From Haliotis rufescens (taxonomy: Eukaryota), in NCBI RefSeq assembly GCF_023055435.1, contig NW_025963902.1:3968001-4032000 (forward strand): a DNA stretch of 64,000 nucleotides, in the 5' to 3' direction. The notes beneath the pieces were generated by a model. That model searched no databases. It was given only the letters and a program-made list of their open reading frames with translations, and had not been told where the DNA came from. Positions 51,865 to 64,000 of the stretch are shown here, piece after piece. Position numbers and translations under genes: made by a program. The stretch's first letter is position 1. Each line of letters starts with the position of its first letter.

Positions 51865-54800
51865 CTGCTTGTACTAGTCCGTACTGATGCCGATTTATAG
51901 TGCTAGCACACTGAGATACCATGCCGCAGTTTAACATCAATACCCCACTCACAACACAGTATACCGACTCCGAGCCGATCAGTTCTTGTTTTAGCCCCTT
52001 AATGCCGAGCGCCAGACAGGGTAACAACAAGTACCATCTTTTAACGTCTTTTGATATGACGCGGTCTCCGGGCGGGCGGTCGCAACTGTAGAGAGTTGCG
52101 CAACATAGTATAAACGCAGCAGTGACATTGGCTGCCTTGAAGACGACCCCCCCCCCCCCCCCACCAGTCCCGAAAGGCCTGTCACGAGAGAAATGAAACT
52201 ACGATACGGTGATACCTTACCACAAATGACTGAGCGTCATAGATTGTTAGTTAAGTAGGCATTTCCCAGGTGAGAGTACATTACATTATCACAAAAGCTT
52301 TGGCTGTGAAGAAAGTATCAACTCGTTTGGTTCCTAATGCCTTGACATCTGATGAAAAACGCACCAGGCACATGTCTGGTGATAATCTATCCCTGTTTGA
52401 AACTGATCCAGAAAGGTTCTTGCCAAGGTCCGTGACTATGGATCAAATGTTATAACGAACTAAAATTAGTGGTCCCTTTGAGTTCGTTATAACCGTTGTT
52501 TACTGTATGTTGATTAGATGTTGGTACGTTGGTACTTTAGGTAGAGGTTAGAAATGAGTGTATTAAGTATGTGGCATGGTCTTGTAATGTCTTTTAGACC
52601 AAAGTCGTTGCAGAATTAATGCCCAGTCAGCAGTCCCTACCTTTCCTATAGAATGTCTGTTCTGCAAGCAGTTATCAATATATCTTTGATCAAAGCAAGT
52701 AAGCAAGGAATTATTACTTTTATGCATAGAAAAACTTGATCGTTATCATAAATGTCTTGCATGTTTTTCAGGACGATCCCAGGCCTGGAAGTACTGGATC
52801 TCAACAACTCCAAAGGCCACGGCTGCAAGAGTATCGTATATGATGGCCTGTATCTATTTATACCGCCATTGGTTTTGTTGGAACGAAGGAATCCGTTTGA
52901 AAGTTTACAGAGTATCAAAGAAACTGAAATGAAAGACGATGATGTCATTATCTGCGCATATCCTAAATGTGGTAGGTACAAGATTCCTTACACAGATGTG
53001 ATTACAATGGATTAACCTTCTTGTTGAAAAGGATTATTTCCAAATTTTGTTTTATACTTTTTAAGGTACTCATTGGTTATGGGAGGTCATTGAGATGCTC
53101 AAAAGTGGGGTCATTGAGTACAGAAAGGAGACAAAAGAAACCCGGATGATGGAAGCAATATTCAAAGATGGAATAGACGCCATTCCTACTCCTCGAGTCC
53201 TGAATTCCCACTTACCTCTGCGCATGCTCCCTAAACAGATCGTTGAGAAGAAGGTCAAGTGTATCCAGATCGTGCGCAATCCTAAAGATGTCTGTGTGTC
53301 CTATTTCAACCACTACAGAGATATGGTTCAGCCTTTCGGATTTGAAGGGGACTTTGCTGAGTTTACAGAAGCATTTTTAACAGGCAAACGTACGTACTAG
53401 TCTTCGGATATGGATCCTATGTTGATTTACTGAGAGTGTGGTTTATAATGATTGTGTTTTCCAGCGTGGTCTAGATATATTGATATAAGTAAAGAGCTTT
53501 CGGGTGCATCAGATGGCCCACTCGTCTAAAACGCTGCTATTCACCGTATAGAGTTGCGTCCCTTAGATGTATCAGGGTCCGATGATCGTGTTCATTAAGT
53601 TGACACGGACCGCCTCCGTGGTGTTATGGATACAGCATCTGCCCGGAGAGCGATAGATTGTGATGCGATCCTCAGCTGCATCATATCAAATGACGTTATA
53701 AGAAGCCACTCGTAACACTGCAGGGTTCGACATTTAAGGGATAAAACTGGTGAAGACAATGGTCGGCTCGGAGTCGGTATATCGTGTCTGCGTGATGTAT
53801 TCGTGTTAAACTGAACGGTATCTCAGTGGGCTAGCACTATATAACCCGCATAAATCCCGGCTAGTAGAAGCAGCCTCGCATACGCACACGCACACACAAA
53901 CACGTTTATGCACGTCGCTATTTAAATGCAATAAACTTGAAAGGACATTAAACTCCGTTTCACCTCATCACATCGTAAGCTTACGTCCCCAAATTATAAC
54001 AGACATATTGTTCAAAACGTCGTTACACTCAACACACTGACTCAATATATCCAATAGACGAACATTTAATCTATGAAATCTTATGTGGAATAGAGCTAGC
54101 TGGAGCTAGCTAGACTTGCTTTTGTATACGTTTCCAGATTGTTTTTCTCTCAATATAAAATATTCCACAGTCATGGCACAGGACTATATATCCAACTTAA
54201 CAACTTGATAATGCGTGTAAGAATGGCAGCAAGTTACATGAACATACAGTTTTAATTTACCTGTTCCAGTGTGTTACGGGTCTTACTCCGACTATCTGTT
54301 AACATGGAAGGCAGAACTGGAAGGATCACCAGCAGTACCTGTGCTCGATCTGGTTTATGAAGACATGAAACATGTGGGTGATTTATGTACAGTCGCCTGT
54401 CGTTGACGCTGTTTAACTTCAATTATTGTGGCATGTTTCTAGTATGCGACTTAAATGGGGATAGCATGGTCAGTATCGCTGGCCGATTGTGTGTCGGAAT
54501 ATCCAGACGACGTGGAACGTTGATGGTGTTTTCTAACCGAATTCCTGTCCTGAACTGGATTACTGGTTCCCTCCCATCAGTCAGACAGGCCATTTGTCAT
54601 ACACCTTGTTATTGCCAATCGTCATACAGTTGAGTAGGGGGTGATTAGAGCACTCACCTTAAGCTGTAATGGTATGACCTAACACTCTGAGTTAAGGTCT
54701 TTGTTACGACAACAATGTTAAATTCATTAAGGGTGAGCTGTTGTTAGCTGGTTATCTTGTGAGAAGAGGGTAGTAAAATGATCAAAGTCACTGTAAGTTC

Positions 54801-57800
54801 TTTTACTGACAAATAATTGATATGTTGTTTTAATAAATACTTTGCCCTTTGAGGTTAATAAATGTAATTCATGTAATCCTCTGAAAGGAGACGAGAGATG
54901 TTTGAATCTCTATCACAATCACAATTCACAATCATGGCTCTGCGACTTGTAGTATACGTTACGTCATCCCGCGGTACCCAGCAGGTTCTCTTTGAAGGAT
55001 ACTTGATCAACAAGAATGCAACAAGACAGACAGCACAACACTGGCGTGCTGATGATTTTGTGAGGAATGTGTCAGAGCACAACCACCCCCCAGAGAATTC
55101 AAACCGAGTTCGTTTTGTCAGCAACATGAGGAAGAGAGCTTTAGAGAGGAAAAAAAACACGATACAGCAGTTCTACAACCAACAGATCGCTGAAGAAGAT
55201 GATGACCAAGCCCAAGCCCTCCCTGCCTTCCCCAGCATGAGCAGTGCCCTTTACCACCACAGAAGGAAGACCACACCAGTCCTGCCCCAAACCAGAGCCC
55301 AAGTGGACTTAGATGATGCCTGGAGCCATACATCAGATGGGGACCGCTTCCTCCTATTCAGCGATGGAGAAGAAAATAAGATCCTTGCCTTTGCCACAGA
55401 TGAGCAGCTACAGATCCGGCAGTGCAACAGTGGATTAGACGGACAGCAGGTCTAGCGCTTCTCCCTGCAGGTGATGTCCAAGACGCCTGGCTAGAAGCGA
55501 TGCAGCACACATCTGATCTACCCAGAGCTGAGACCTTCAACGACTACATGGTATTGACTTAAGTAGATTATGATGCTCGTTTTTCCGATTCTCCTATGGA
55601 ATCACCATGACACCACTGGCCCGAGGACCAACAACAACCTGGAAGGCTTCCACAACAAGCTGACTAGAAGTCTTCCTCACCAACACCCCAACATCCAGCG
55701 TCTGATAGAAGTCTTCCAAAAGATTGAGAAAGCTGACAAATTGAAATTGGCGCAGATAAACCTCGGTGCACCTGAACCAAGTAGAAAGCGGGTCTACCGT
55801 GAGGTTGACAATAGACTCCAGAGACAGAAAGATCAACTGAATCCATGGAAGGAAAAGTCTGATCCAGTTCCTTGATGCTGCAGGTCACCTTGAAGCTTGG
55901 ATAGCCATTATCCGCCATTATGATGCTTTGAATGTTGAATTATGTTATTTATTCTTGTTAAAAATGGTTCATATTTATAATATTATGTTGAATAATCCAT
56001 ACTAATTGATTAATTACTTTTCTGCTTTACATTCTGTTTTCGTACAATCTACAAATGAATTAGCACAATATCATTCATAATTACAATCCTGGTGTTCCCT
56101 ATAATTCAAACTTAAACATAACACAGTTAATGATCTGTGTGGAACAGTCCATATTGATAGGTAGAAGGCAGGGGGTTAGTGGTCCAGTCATGCATATCCT
56201 ATGTTGTTATAAGCTGTATGACAAATGGCCTGTATGACTGATGGAAGGATACCGGATTACTTACGGTTCGAACCGGATTACTAACAGTTATACTCAACTA
56301 CCCATTTACTTTTTATGATGTTAAATGGGATACCCTGGATAGTTGTCTACATTTATAAACACACATACACGCCCTTTGTGAAGCACCACCCCTCCCCCGC
56401 CCTCAATACACCCTAACATTCCCAAACCCATACCCGACAACTTGGTTCAAAGCGTGTAATCGTACCGCGTCATCGAGGGACGGCTGATAATACCGGACAC
56501 TGGATTGCATGGGCGAAGATTGGAGACCACCGAAATATATATATGTAATTTAATTTGCTTATCTTGCAACGTTTCTATTTGTATAATGATCTGTTCTTAT
56601 AGCAGAGGTGTCCTCACTTTCATCTCGTCATTACTGTTATACTAATTATCTAGCACAGAGGACCAGATCAGGAGTACATTACACGTCCACATATCTGCTT
56701 CCAGGATCCTGTCAAGAGTGTTAAAGACGTCGCCAGATTTCTAGGCGTGACAGCAACAGACATGTTCTGTGAAGAAGTTGCGCATGCTTGTTCCTTTAAG
56801 AAGATGAAACAGATTGACAAAGACAGGAAACTTGGAATTCCCGTGGGCATCTGGAGAGAAGATGCAGAACAAACATTCTATAGGAAAGGTAGGGACCACT
56901 GAGTGGGCATTAATTCTGCACCGACTTTGGTCTGAAATACATTACAAGACCATGCCACCTTATGGATGAAATCATTTCCTTTACCCTCATGGCTAGTTAC
57001 TGACCCCTCATCGGCATTGTCTCAGACCATCAAAAATGTTAATTTGCATCAAAATGTTTTGAATACCGAACTGGAAGTTTTCAGTCAACAACATTGTATT
57101 ATTATACAATCATTGTCCATACACCACAGACCACAGCATATCAATGTTAATGAAAGTAGTCACCATATTGGGAAATATCTGAGGAAATCCCAAAGGAAGT
57201 TTTGGAATTAGTGAACCCTCCTACCACGAAGGGTTTCGATGAGCATTCGGTCCATATTCTGACCAAGATTGGAACTGGAAATTTGTCACAAGGTATCGCA
57301 ACAGTTCTAGAATGTGTGGAATTTAATTTTTTATGATTGCGTTTGAAACATTTTAATGTGTGAAGTTAATAGTAGCGCGATATTATATATTTTGACTATT
57401 ACCATGCTCTTAATTCTCCTATAAAGTATTTAAAGCTCCCTGTCATAATCTTCCCATCAGTAACCACTGGACTATTTAAGCTGATTATATACGAGCGTAT
57501 GTTAAACATGTAATATTGACAGTAGCGGGAGACCTCGCCTAGGTGAACACTACCAAGCTGACTGTCACTTCCAGATGAACGTCAGTATGTCACGTGATTA
57601 CACACTGTCGTATATTGCTTCGGGAAATAAACACATCCCACTGAACGTTAATATCAATCCATTTTCAGCATCAGCCGGGTATGGATTTCTTTCCAACGCA
57701 AATTTTACTTGGTGCAACTTTTATTTCAAGCGAATGATATTGCCGTAGCCGCCATTTTCTGCCGTTTGTAAAACTAAGGGATGTCACTCCAAATGGAATA

Positions 57801-58512
57801 TTTTGGACGGATGTCGTCACGACGTCACGACTCTCCGCGTTGATATAGTTCGCTTAAGATAATTAAAGTTTAATGGATTGTTTTGTTATGATTTATGTAT
57901 CTGTCAATATAAGGATTAAAGGTGTATTTGTTCATCGTTGACGTTAAATGAAATTCAGTATGTGTGTAGTTAGCAATTGGCACATAAGAACCAGTTTCTT
58001 GTGTGCAAATGCTTTCAATTTTGACCTTCCGTTTACCTGTTTGTGTTTTAACAATGCTCTTAAAGCCTTTAAAAAAACATTTTGCATCAGTACACATCTT
58101 CCCTTCTGAAATTGCCTAACGGAGGAAGCTGAACTTTGGCATGTATGTCTCTTCTCTTAATGACATCGTATTTTATTCAAATCATTTATATGATTTCTCT
58201 ACATGCTTTTTGGATATCAATTTTGACAGCCACCCTTGTAAAGTGTCTGTCTTTGAATAGCTGTCTTTGACTTACAGTGATCATTGTTGTGACTCATACC
58301 AAGAGTATATGATGTCCACTTTAGTTTGAGTTTAATGTATTATTTTAGTTTGAATAACATTTTATACATGCACTTTTCTGCACTTTTCTGATTTAGGTGA
58401 AATTGGGGACTGGAAGAACTGGTTCACAGTGGCAGAGAGCGAGAGATTTGACCAAATGTGGAACAAGAAGATGAAGGACTCTGGATTTAAGTTTAGCTAC
58501 ACACCCTTTTGA
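51289..58512 (+). CDS. Cytosolic sulfotransferase (SULT1-like), cluster gene 4 (most divergent intact copy), 6 exons, 320 aa
   Basis: Exons 51289-51323, 52772-52971, 53066-53389, 54270-54373, 56705-56888 and 58397-58512 give 963 nt starting [12 protein letters not shown]. Motifs [22 protein letters not shown] and [18 protein letters not shown] are present. Confidence 0.93.
51762..52070 (-). mobile_element. SINE family A in intron 1 of gene 4
   Basis: Reverse complement of the family A consensus with an expanded (GT)n. Confidence 0.8.
52260..52445 (+). mobile_element. Mariner transposase fragment
   Basis: [20 protein letters not shown]...[16 protein letters not shown] resembles the mariner WVPxxLT and VTxDE region. 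Confidence 0.7.
53607..53968 (+). mobile_element. SINE family A (diverged)
   Basis: Collinear with 47798-48158. Confidence 0.75.
54565..56253 (+). mobile_element. Mutator-like (MULE) DNA transposon, internally deleted, in intron 4 of gene 4
   Basis: TIRs of about 40 bp (CCATCAGTCA.ACAGGCCATTTGTCATACA), TSD GGATTACT (54557-54564 and 56254-56261), and transposase relics HNHPP and [13 protein letters not shown]...HPNI. Confidence 0.85.
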
Positions 58513-59023
58513 AATCATTCCAACAGTCACTGTTTCGGAAAGTCGGATTTCTTTAAATCTGTGAAATGGCAGGAATTTCTCTGAATTCCATGTACTGCAT
58601 ATTAGTGTTCATGTGTATATGCAGAAAACTCTGTCATAATATAGCTTCAGTAAAATCATTTCCATAATCACAGGAAATCTGTGTTAAGAGTCTATTGTAT
58701 GACACAGAAAGCGCTCGTTAAATCTCCAGCATCATCATCTTATTTATGATTCATTCATCAGTAAAGAAATATGTTTCTGTATCAGACGGTGGCATACATC
58801 AGTAAAAATTACAAAATTAATTTGTTACACAATGTTGCATAATTCTGATACTATTATAAATACTTGGATGAATACTGGATATATGTTTCGAACGAAAGTC
58901 TATTAATATTAATATAACATTTAGTTGAAATTGACCCCGAAGTTATATAGGCAGGTAATTATTTCTTCGGGCCGTGTTTATTAACACAAGGAAGGTGGTC
59001 ATTCAAGGATGTACGCTATATTC

Positions 59024-59137
59024 TTATGTGACAGCGCTCAAGACACCAGTGGTCCATGTGCAGTCATTCTGGATGACCACTGTCCCGTCATCAAGTGTCA
59101 TCTGTCCGTTGACCAGATCGGCATCTTCTTTAACCAA
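59024..59137 (-). other. Possible terminal coding exon of an unidentified minus-strand gene
   Basis: TTTTCTTCCAG acceptor followed by LVKEDADLVNGQMTLDDGTVVIQNDCTWTTGVLSAVT*. Confidence 0.3.
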
Positions 59138-60003
59138 CTGGAAGAAAAGATTATATAAACAATTAATTAATTCTGGGTCTGTAAGACTATCATGGAACAG
59201 TGTAGCAGCTATGATGCATTAGTTTTGATTCCGTAGTAATAATGCAATGACAACCAAAAGTTATAAAACAAATGAAAGGACCGCGATGCAACATCTAAGG
59301 GAGATTATTCTCAAAAATCGCTTGTAATGTCAGTTTTGTACTGAGCCTATCGGAATTTTCTGAAAGCAGAAACTTATTTCAAGACTGACAAAGAAATGCT
59401 GGCCTATCAGTAAATGCATCTGTGTATTGCTTGAAAGTTTTTTTTCTGTATACTTCGAATATATATATTTGGTGGCATTAGTCTGTACAGATTTAGTGTC
59501 TGCAATAGATATATCAGTGTCCAGATTGCACGTGAGGTTAATATTTTCTACATCGACAAAACAGTTTGTTTCATATTCAAATCTGATGAAATTACCATCC
59601 AATCTGTTCAATTTCATTGCATGTCTTTTGCATTGCGTTGGTTTCTTATACAATAACTTTGCTCACCAAATGAATGTTGGGAAATATTTTCCCTTCCGTG
59701 AAGTCTTTAGTTATTCTTTTCTTATTTAGTTTGTTCATTTTCATTTGTGACATTACTTTGTAATTACTCTTATATTAAATGCAGACACTTGGAATTGATG
59801 TAACGGATACATATGTTCAAATAAGCAACCAAAGCTTGAATATCAGAAAAAGGTCAAGAGCACGCATGACCCATTACCGCGTAATTGTCCTGCGAATGTC
59901 TACAATGGGACCATAAAGATACATACCACCATTTATCTGGGGTAGGAGAAACCGTGTAATGTCCGAATGTCACCAACAAAATACCCAAATGCCCTATTAT
60001 ATG

Positions 60004-60265
60004 TGACCGCCTCCGTGGTCTAATGGTAGAGCGTCCGCCCGAGAGCGGAAGGTCCGGGGTTCGATCCCCGACCGCGTCATACCAAAAGACGTTAAAAGAT
60101 GGTACTTGTTGTTACCCTGTCTGGCGCTCGGCATTAAGGGGCTAAAACAAGAACTGGTCGGCTCGGAGTCAGTATACTGTGTCTGAGTGGGGTATTCATG
60201 CTAAACTGGGGCATGGTATCTCAGTGTGCTAGCACTATAAATCGGCAGCAGTCCGGACTAGTACA

Positions 60266-60316
<51 letters not shown>
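60004..60316 (+). mobile_element. SINE family A (young, 3' truncated at (CA)n)
   Basis: Very similar to the head and core of 47798-48158. Confidence 0.85.
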
Positions 60317-60319
<3 letters not shown>

Positions 60320-61457
60320 AGCGACTGAATTTGTACCCGCACTGCCACCATGACCCGCCATACCTAAGGACTATATTGGACAGTACTCAGGTATTCATGA
60401 AATTTTATATTGTACCAAGGCTCCAACTATGAACATATGATACTCGGTTTCAAGCTTTGACGAACAGCGGAGGTACTCAACGCGCTGTGTGTCACGTTGG
60501 CCAAGCAGGCAGCGGGGACACAGCCATACTACAGATACTGACTAGCGCCATGCGCACAGATAAGATTTTGTTTTGTTTGTCTCTGTTTAATGCCGCACAC
60601 AGCAATATTCCAGCTATATGACCATATGGTCAATGTGACCATACGCCCTCTTACTGTCAATAAAAGCGGCCAATGCGCTACGAATAGCGCAACACAGGTC
60701 GCGTACTAGTCTGGATTTCTGCGATATCATGCGGGTACTCACGGGGAAAAAACAATAACAAAGGCAACAACCAGTCCCGGGGAATTGCTTTAGATCAGTG
60801 CCCCTTTAAGGAGCACTACCGCAATTTATATACAGCCCAATGTATTTCACACCAGGGGCGGTCGGGTAGCCTAGTGGTTAAAGCACTACGACTAACTCAT
60901 TGGTGAATATTTGTTTCAACTCCATTGCCAAGTCACACAGTGCGCCCTTCATTCCTAAATAGCTATGTCAGCGCTTGGCTAGGTGAAGTTGCCCATTCAC
61001 TATATATAAGGGGCTACTGGCTGATTCGGAGAAGTGACCCACATAATGATATCTTAGTGTCACGGTGACCCTTTGGGAAACAACAACATATACGAAGGAC
61101 CACTGATCAACTTCTCCACTATCAGTCAGTGGCCGATATTTACACACAGTGTTTCGCACACCAGCCGGAGCTCGCTTGTACTGGGCCGACCTCGCGGTGG
61201 TGATACGGCGTCAGTCTCTTGCCGTATTGCAACCCAGTAATTGAACCGCGGTGATAACCTAAAAGTTATCATCACCTCACGTTGGGACACGAGCCCGCTG
61301 CGGAATGTCCTCAGAAAACTTCAAACCATGATAGAAATATGTTATACCTACACAAAAGATATCAAAATGCACATGCCGATCAATTGTCCTATGGCGGTTC
61401 TGAAGAAAGTGGAAACGTTGTACAACAGGGCACTACTCCCCACCCCCAACCACCCCA

Positions 61458-61592
61458 NNNNNNNNNNNNNNNNNNNNNNNNNNNNNNNNNNNNNNNNNNN
61501 NNNNNNNNNNNNNNNNNNNNNNNNNNNNNNNNNNNNNNNNNNNNNNNNNNNNNNNNNNNNNNNNNNNNNNNNNNNNNNNNNNNNNNNNNNNN
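61458..61592. other. Assembly gap (135 N)
   Basis: Run of N. Confidence 1.
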
Positions 61593-62011
61593 ATGATATG
61601 GTCTATTAACAGAAAACATGCAACACTATGGCTAACTCCATTTTGTGAACACACTAACACAATCATTTTATTGAACCAAATCACTCAATACGCCCCTCTC
61701 CTTGCATGGTCATGTTAAGTTTTCCATTCACTAGATGTAGGGACTGGCTAATTCGTGGAAGTGACCCAGAATACGAAATCTTAGTGTCACTCTGACCCTA
61801 TGGGAAGCATAAAAGGACCCTAGATCGACTACCCTAGTATCAGCCAGTGACCTCAAAAACACTGTGAGCGTTTAATTATATACATGCCACTGTTGGTGGT
61901 TAATGATATACATATCACAACAACAACAAAATAATAATTATAATAATAATTAATTGTAAATGTTTGAATTTGAAGTCCTGGAAAAAGATTGTCTGGGCTT
62001 TACTGTTTTAG

Positions 62012-63194
62012 GAACCCATTGGCTGTGGGAATGCCTCGAGATGCTAATCAGTGGGACCATCCAGTACCAGAAGGACGTGAAAGAGACCCGGATGATGGAA
62101 TTCATCCTCAAGGAAGGAATAGAAGCAGTGCCGCCTCCACGGGTCTTCAACACCCACCTCCCTCTGCGCATGCTCCCTACACAGGTCGTGGAGAAGAAGG
62201 TCAAGTGTATCCAGATCAGGCGCAATCCTAAAGATGTATGTATGCTTTTTTTCAACCACAAGAAGAACATATTACCTTCCAATGACTACGAGGGTTACTT
62301 CGTGGAGTTCACAGAGGCGTTTTTGTCGGGGAAATGTAAGTTGCACTTGTAATTGATGCCAAAGATTTATTTTAAAATAAACTGTTTCACCTCCTGTCAC
62401 TTCCCATTAACCGGTCTGTTTTCCGTTTGGATCCTACCACAACTACCTGCTGACATGGCAGAAAGAAGTAGCCAGACAACCGAACCTACCTGTACTCACC
62501 CTGCACTATGAGTGAGTGAGTTAATATTTAAAGTCACATCAGCACTATTTCAGCCATATCGTGACTAAAGCAATTAAAACATTAAGAAAACAATAATATA
62601 GACTATCTATAAACCTGTCAGCAAAGGATTACTAGACCTATCACAGATATCAATTTTTAAAACTAGTACGTGACCATAAAAAGCTATTACTAAACAGAAC
62701 AATACATTGTAAAAACGGGCTATAGATCGCCAGCAATTGAAGGTAGATCACCATGCTAGGGACCATGGGGACTCATAGTACCTTTTCTACCTGCATGGAC
62801 CGCAGCAGGATTTACACCATCCCTTCAGTCGCTGGCGACTGTATGCAAGTTTAGCCATTGATTAAAACAAACAACTATACTTCGATTAAAACCGATGTAA
62901 GAATAAATGTACTTTGAATAATGTCTTACATATCCCCTCAGGGGGACAATAATTTACGCTACTTCAACCCCCTTTGAGGATATAGCCACGAACATCTAAG
63001 TTACATATTATACATTACCAATATATAATATAGCTATTAACACAATTCAAAATTTATCAAAAAGTTCCATTTCTTTTAAAAAGCCTATAATTAAATGAGA
63101 ATTTATTCTGTTAAAAAGATCCATCATTGATGATGATTTGAAATATTTATCCATTGTGATGGAAAAATCCCTGCACTATGAGGTCATGAAGGTG
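62012..63194 (+). pseudogene. Sulfotransferase gene 5, probably disabled (exon 3 open, exon 4 disrupted)
   Basis: Exon 3 (62012-62335) has AG/GT ends but the 3'-PB Ser is replaced (RNPKDVCML). Exon 4 is 62421-62512 plus 63183-63194 (104 nt in total), has TT in place of the acceptor AG and is split by a LINE. Exons 1-2 are not visible. Confidence 0.78.
62513..63168 (-). mobile_element. 5'-truncated LINE (I-superfamily/Nimb-like 3' end) in exon 4 of gene 5
   Basis: 14-bp TSD CCCTGCACTATGAG (62499-62512 and 63169-63182), an (ACTC)n tail, and a minus-strand ORF2-like C-terminus FSITMDKYFKSSSMMDLFNRINSHLIIGFLKEMELFDKF*. Confidence 0.8.
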
Positions 63195-63909
63195 GTGAGT
63201 AGGGTTGGATAATCTGCTGGATCATACTCTCCTCCTCACAAGACGAAAAGGTTTGAACTCCTTCCTTGTTAAATACTTAGAGATATACTTTGTTTGCATC
63301 TGAGTCTCGTTGATAGCGTTGTGCAAGTTGTGACAGCATGTATAGTGTGTAATGTGAGTATAAATGTGTTTGGAAATAAAACAAATCCCAGCTTTGGATT
63401 AGTGGGGGCTTATTCAAATGAATTTTATTTTCACAAATTAGCCTTTTTGCGTGTATATAAGCCTGCCGAGGGCTAAATGTGTTGGTAGTCAGTTGTTTAT
63501 CCATCATGATTTATGTCACCAACTTTTCACCTTGCCTTGCAATCAAGTAATCTGATTGTGGCTTGAACAGGCCACCTTACTCGTGGTCTGCCAGGTGCAT
63601 CCTAGGCTGTTGCACAAGCAGCCCCTGCAGTTGTAGAGACAGGTCACATGGCTGTCCTCCATAGAAACATGTGCGAGACCACGATCGTTGTAGTTCCACC
63701 TACACGTCTATAGCTAATGTGTTCGGAATGTATTCAGTATACAAGGATAAGTACATGTGAGTACATGCTTTGCCCCGCATTAAAAATTATTTTCGTCATA
63801 TCCCGATACGTGAGATAAATGATTTATGGGGGAGGAAATTACGTTTGTCATTGCCGTTTACGACTTCAGGGAATCTTTCAAGCACATATATGATACACCA
63901 AGAAATATA

Positions 63910-64000
63910 AACCGCCTCCGTGGTCTTGTGGTAGAGCGTCCGCCCGGAGAGCGGAAGGTCCAGGGTTCGATCCCGGGCCGCGTCATACAAAAAGACGTTA
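63910..64000 (+). mobile_element. SINE family A head (cut by the window end)
   Basis: ACCGCCTCCGTGGTCTTGTGGTAGAGCGTCC...GGTTCGATCCC. Confidence 0.8.

Noticed and set aside
54898-55875. Possible domesticated transposase gene
   Set aside because: Frameshifted, internally deleted and still bounded by TIRs and a TSD, so an ordinary MULE relic.
63530-63705. Cys-rich minus-strand frame (CLYNCRGCLCNSLGC)
   Set aside because: Short and truncated, probably a TE remnant; it cannot be assigned without a database search.

Overview
Eukaryotic, repeat-rich invertebrate DNA. The SINE families resemble those I recall from gastropod molluscs such as abalone; that assignment is an inference. The window holds a + strand tandem cluster of cytosolic PAPS-dependent sulfotransferases (SULT1-like fold). 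Four genes are intact with six coding exons each (CDS spans 4743-13255, 26072-33018, 40685-45734 and 51289-58512; 316-320 aa). All share exon sizes 23/35-200-324-104-184-116 nt and intron phases 2,1,1,0,1. Gene 3 has a second intact first exon at 39110. There is also a decayed 5' gene fragment (23558-24594) and a fifth, disabled copy (62012-63194) whose exon 4 is split by a LINE with a 14-bp TSD. Introns and spacers contain four SINE families, a solo LTR, a MULE, Tc1/mariner relics, MITEs, Penelope-like relics (one with a hammerhead-like core), several minisatellite arrays and one assembly gap. The most notable biology is the duplicated promoter/first-exon architecture, exon-level mosaic evolution of the paralogues, and a large tandem array upstream of gene 4. 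I see no prokaryote-type system such as CRISPR.
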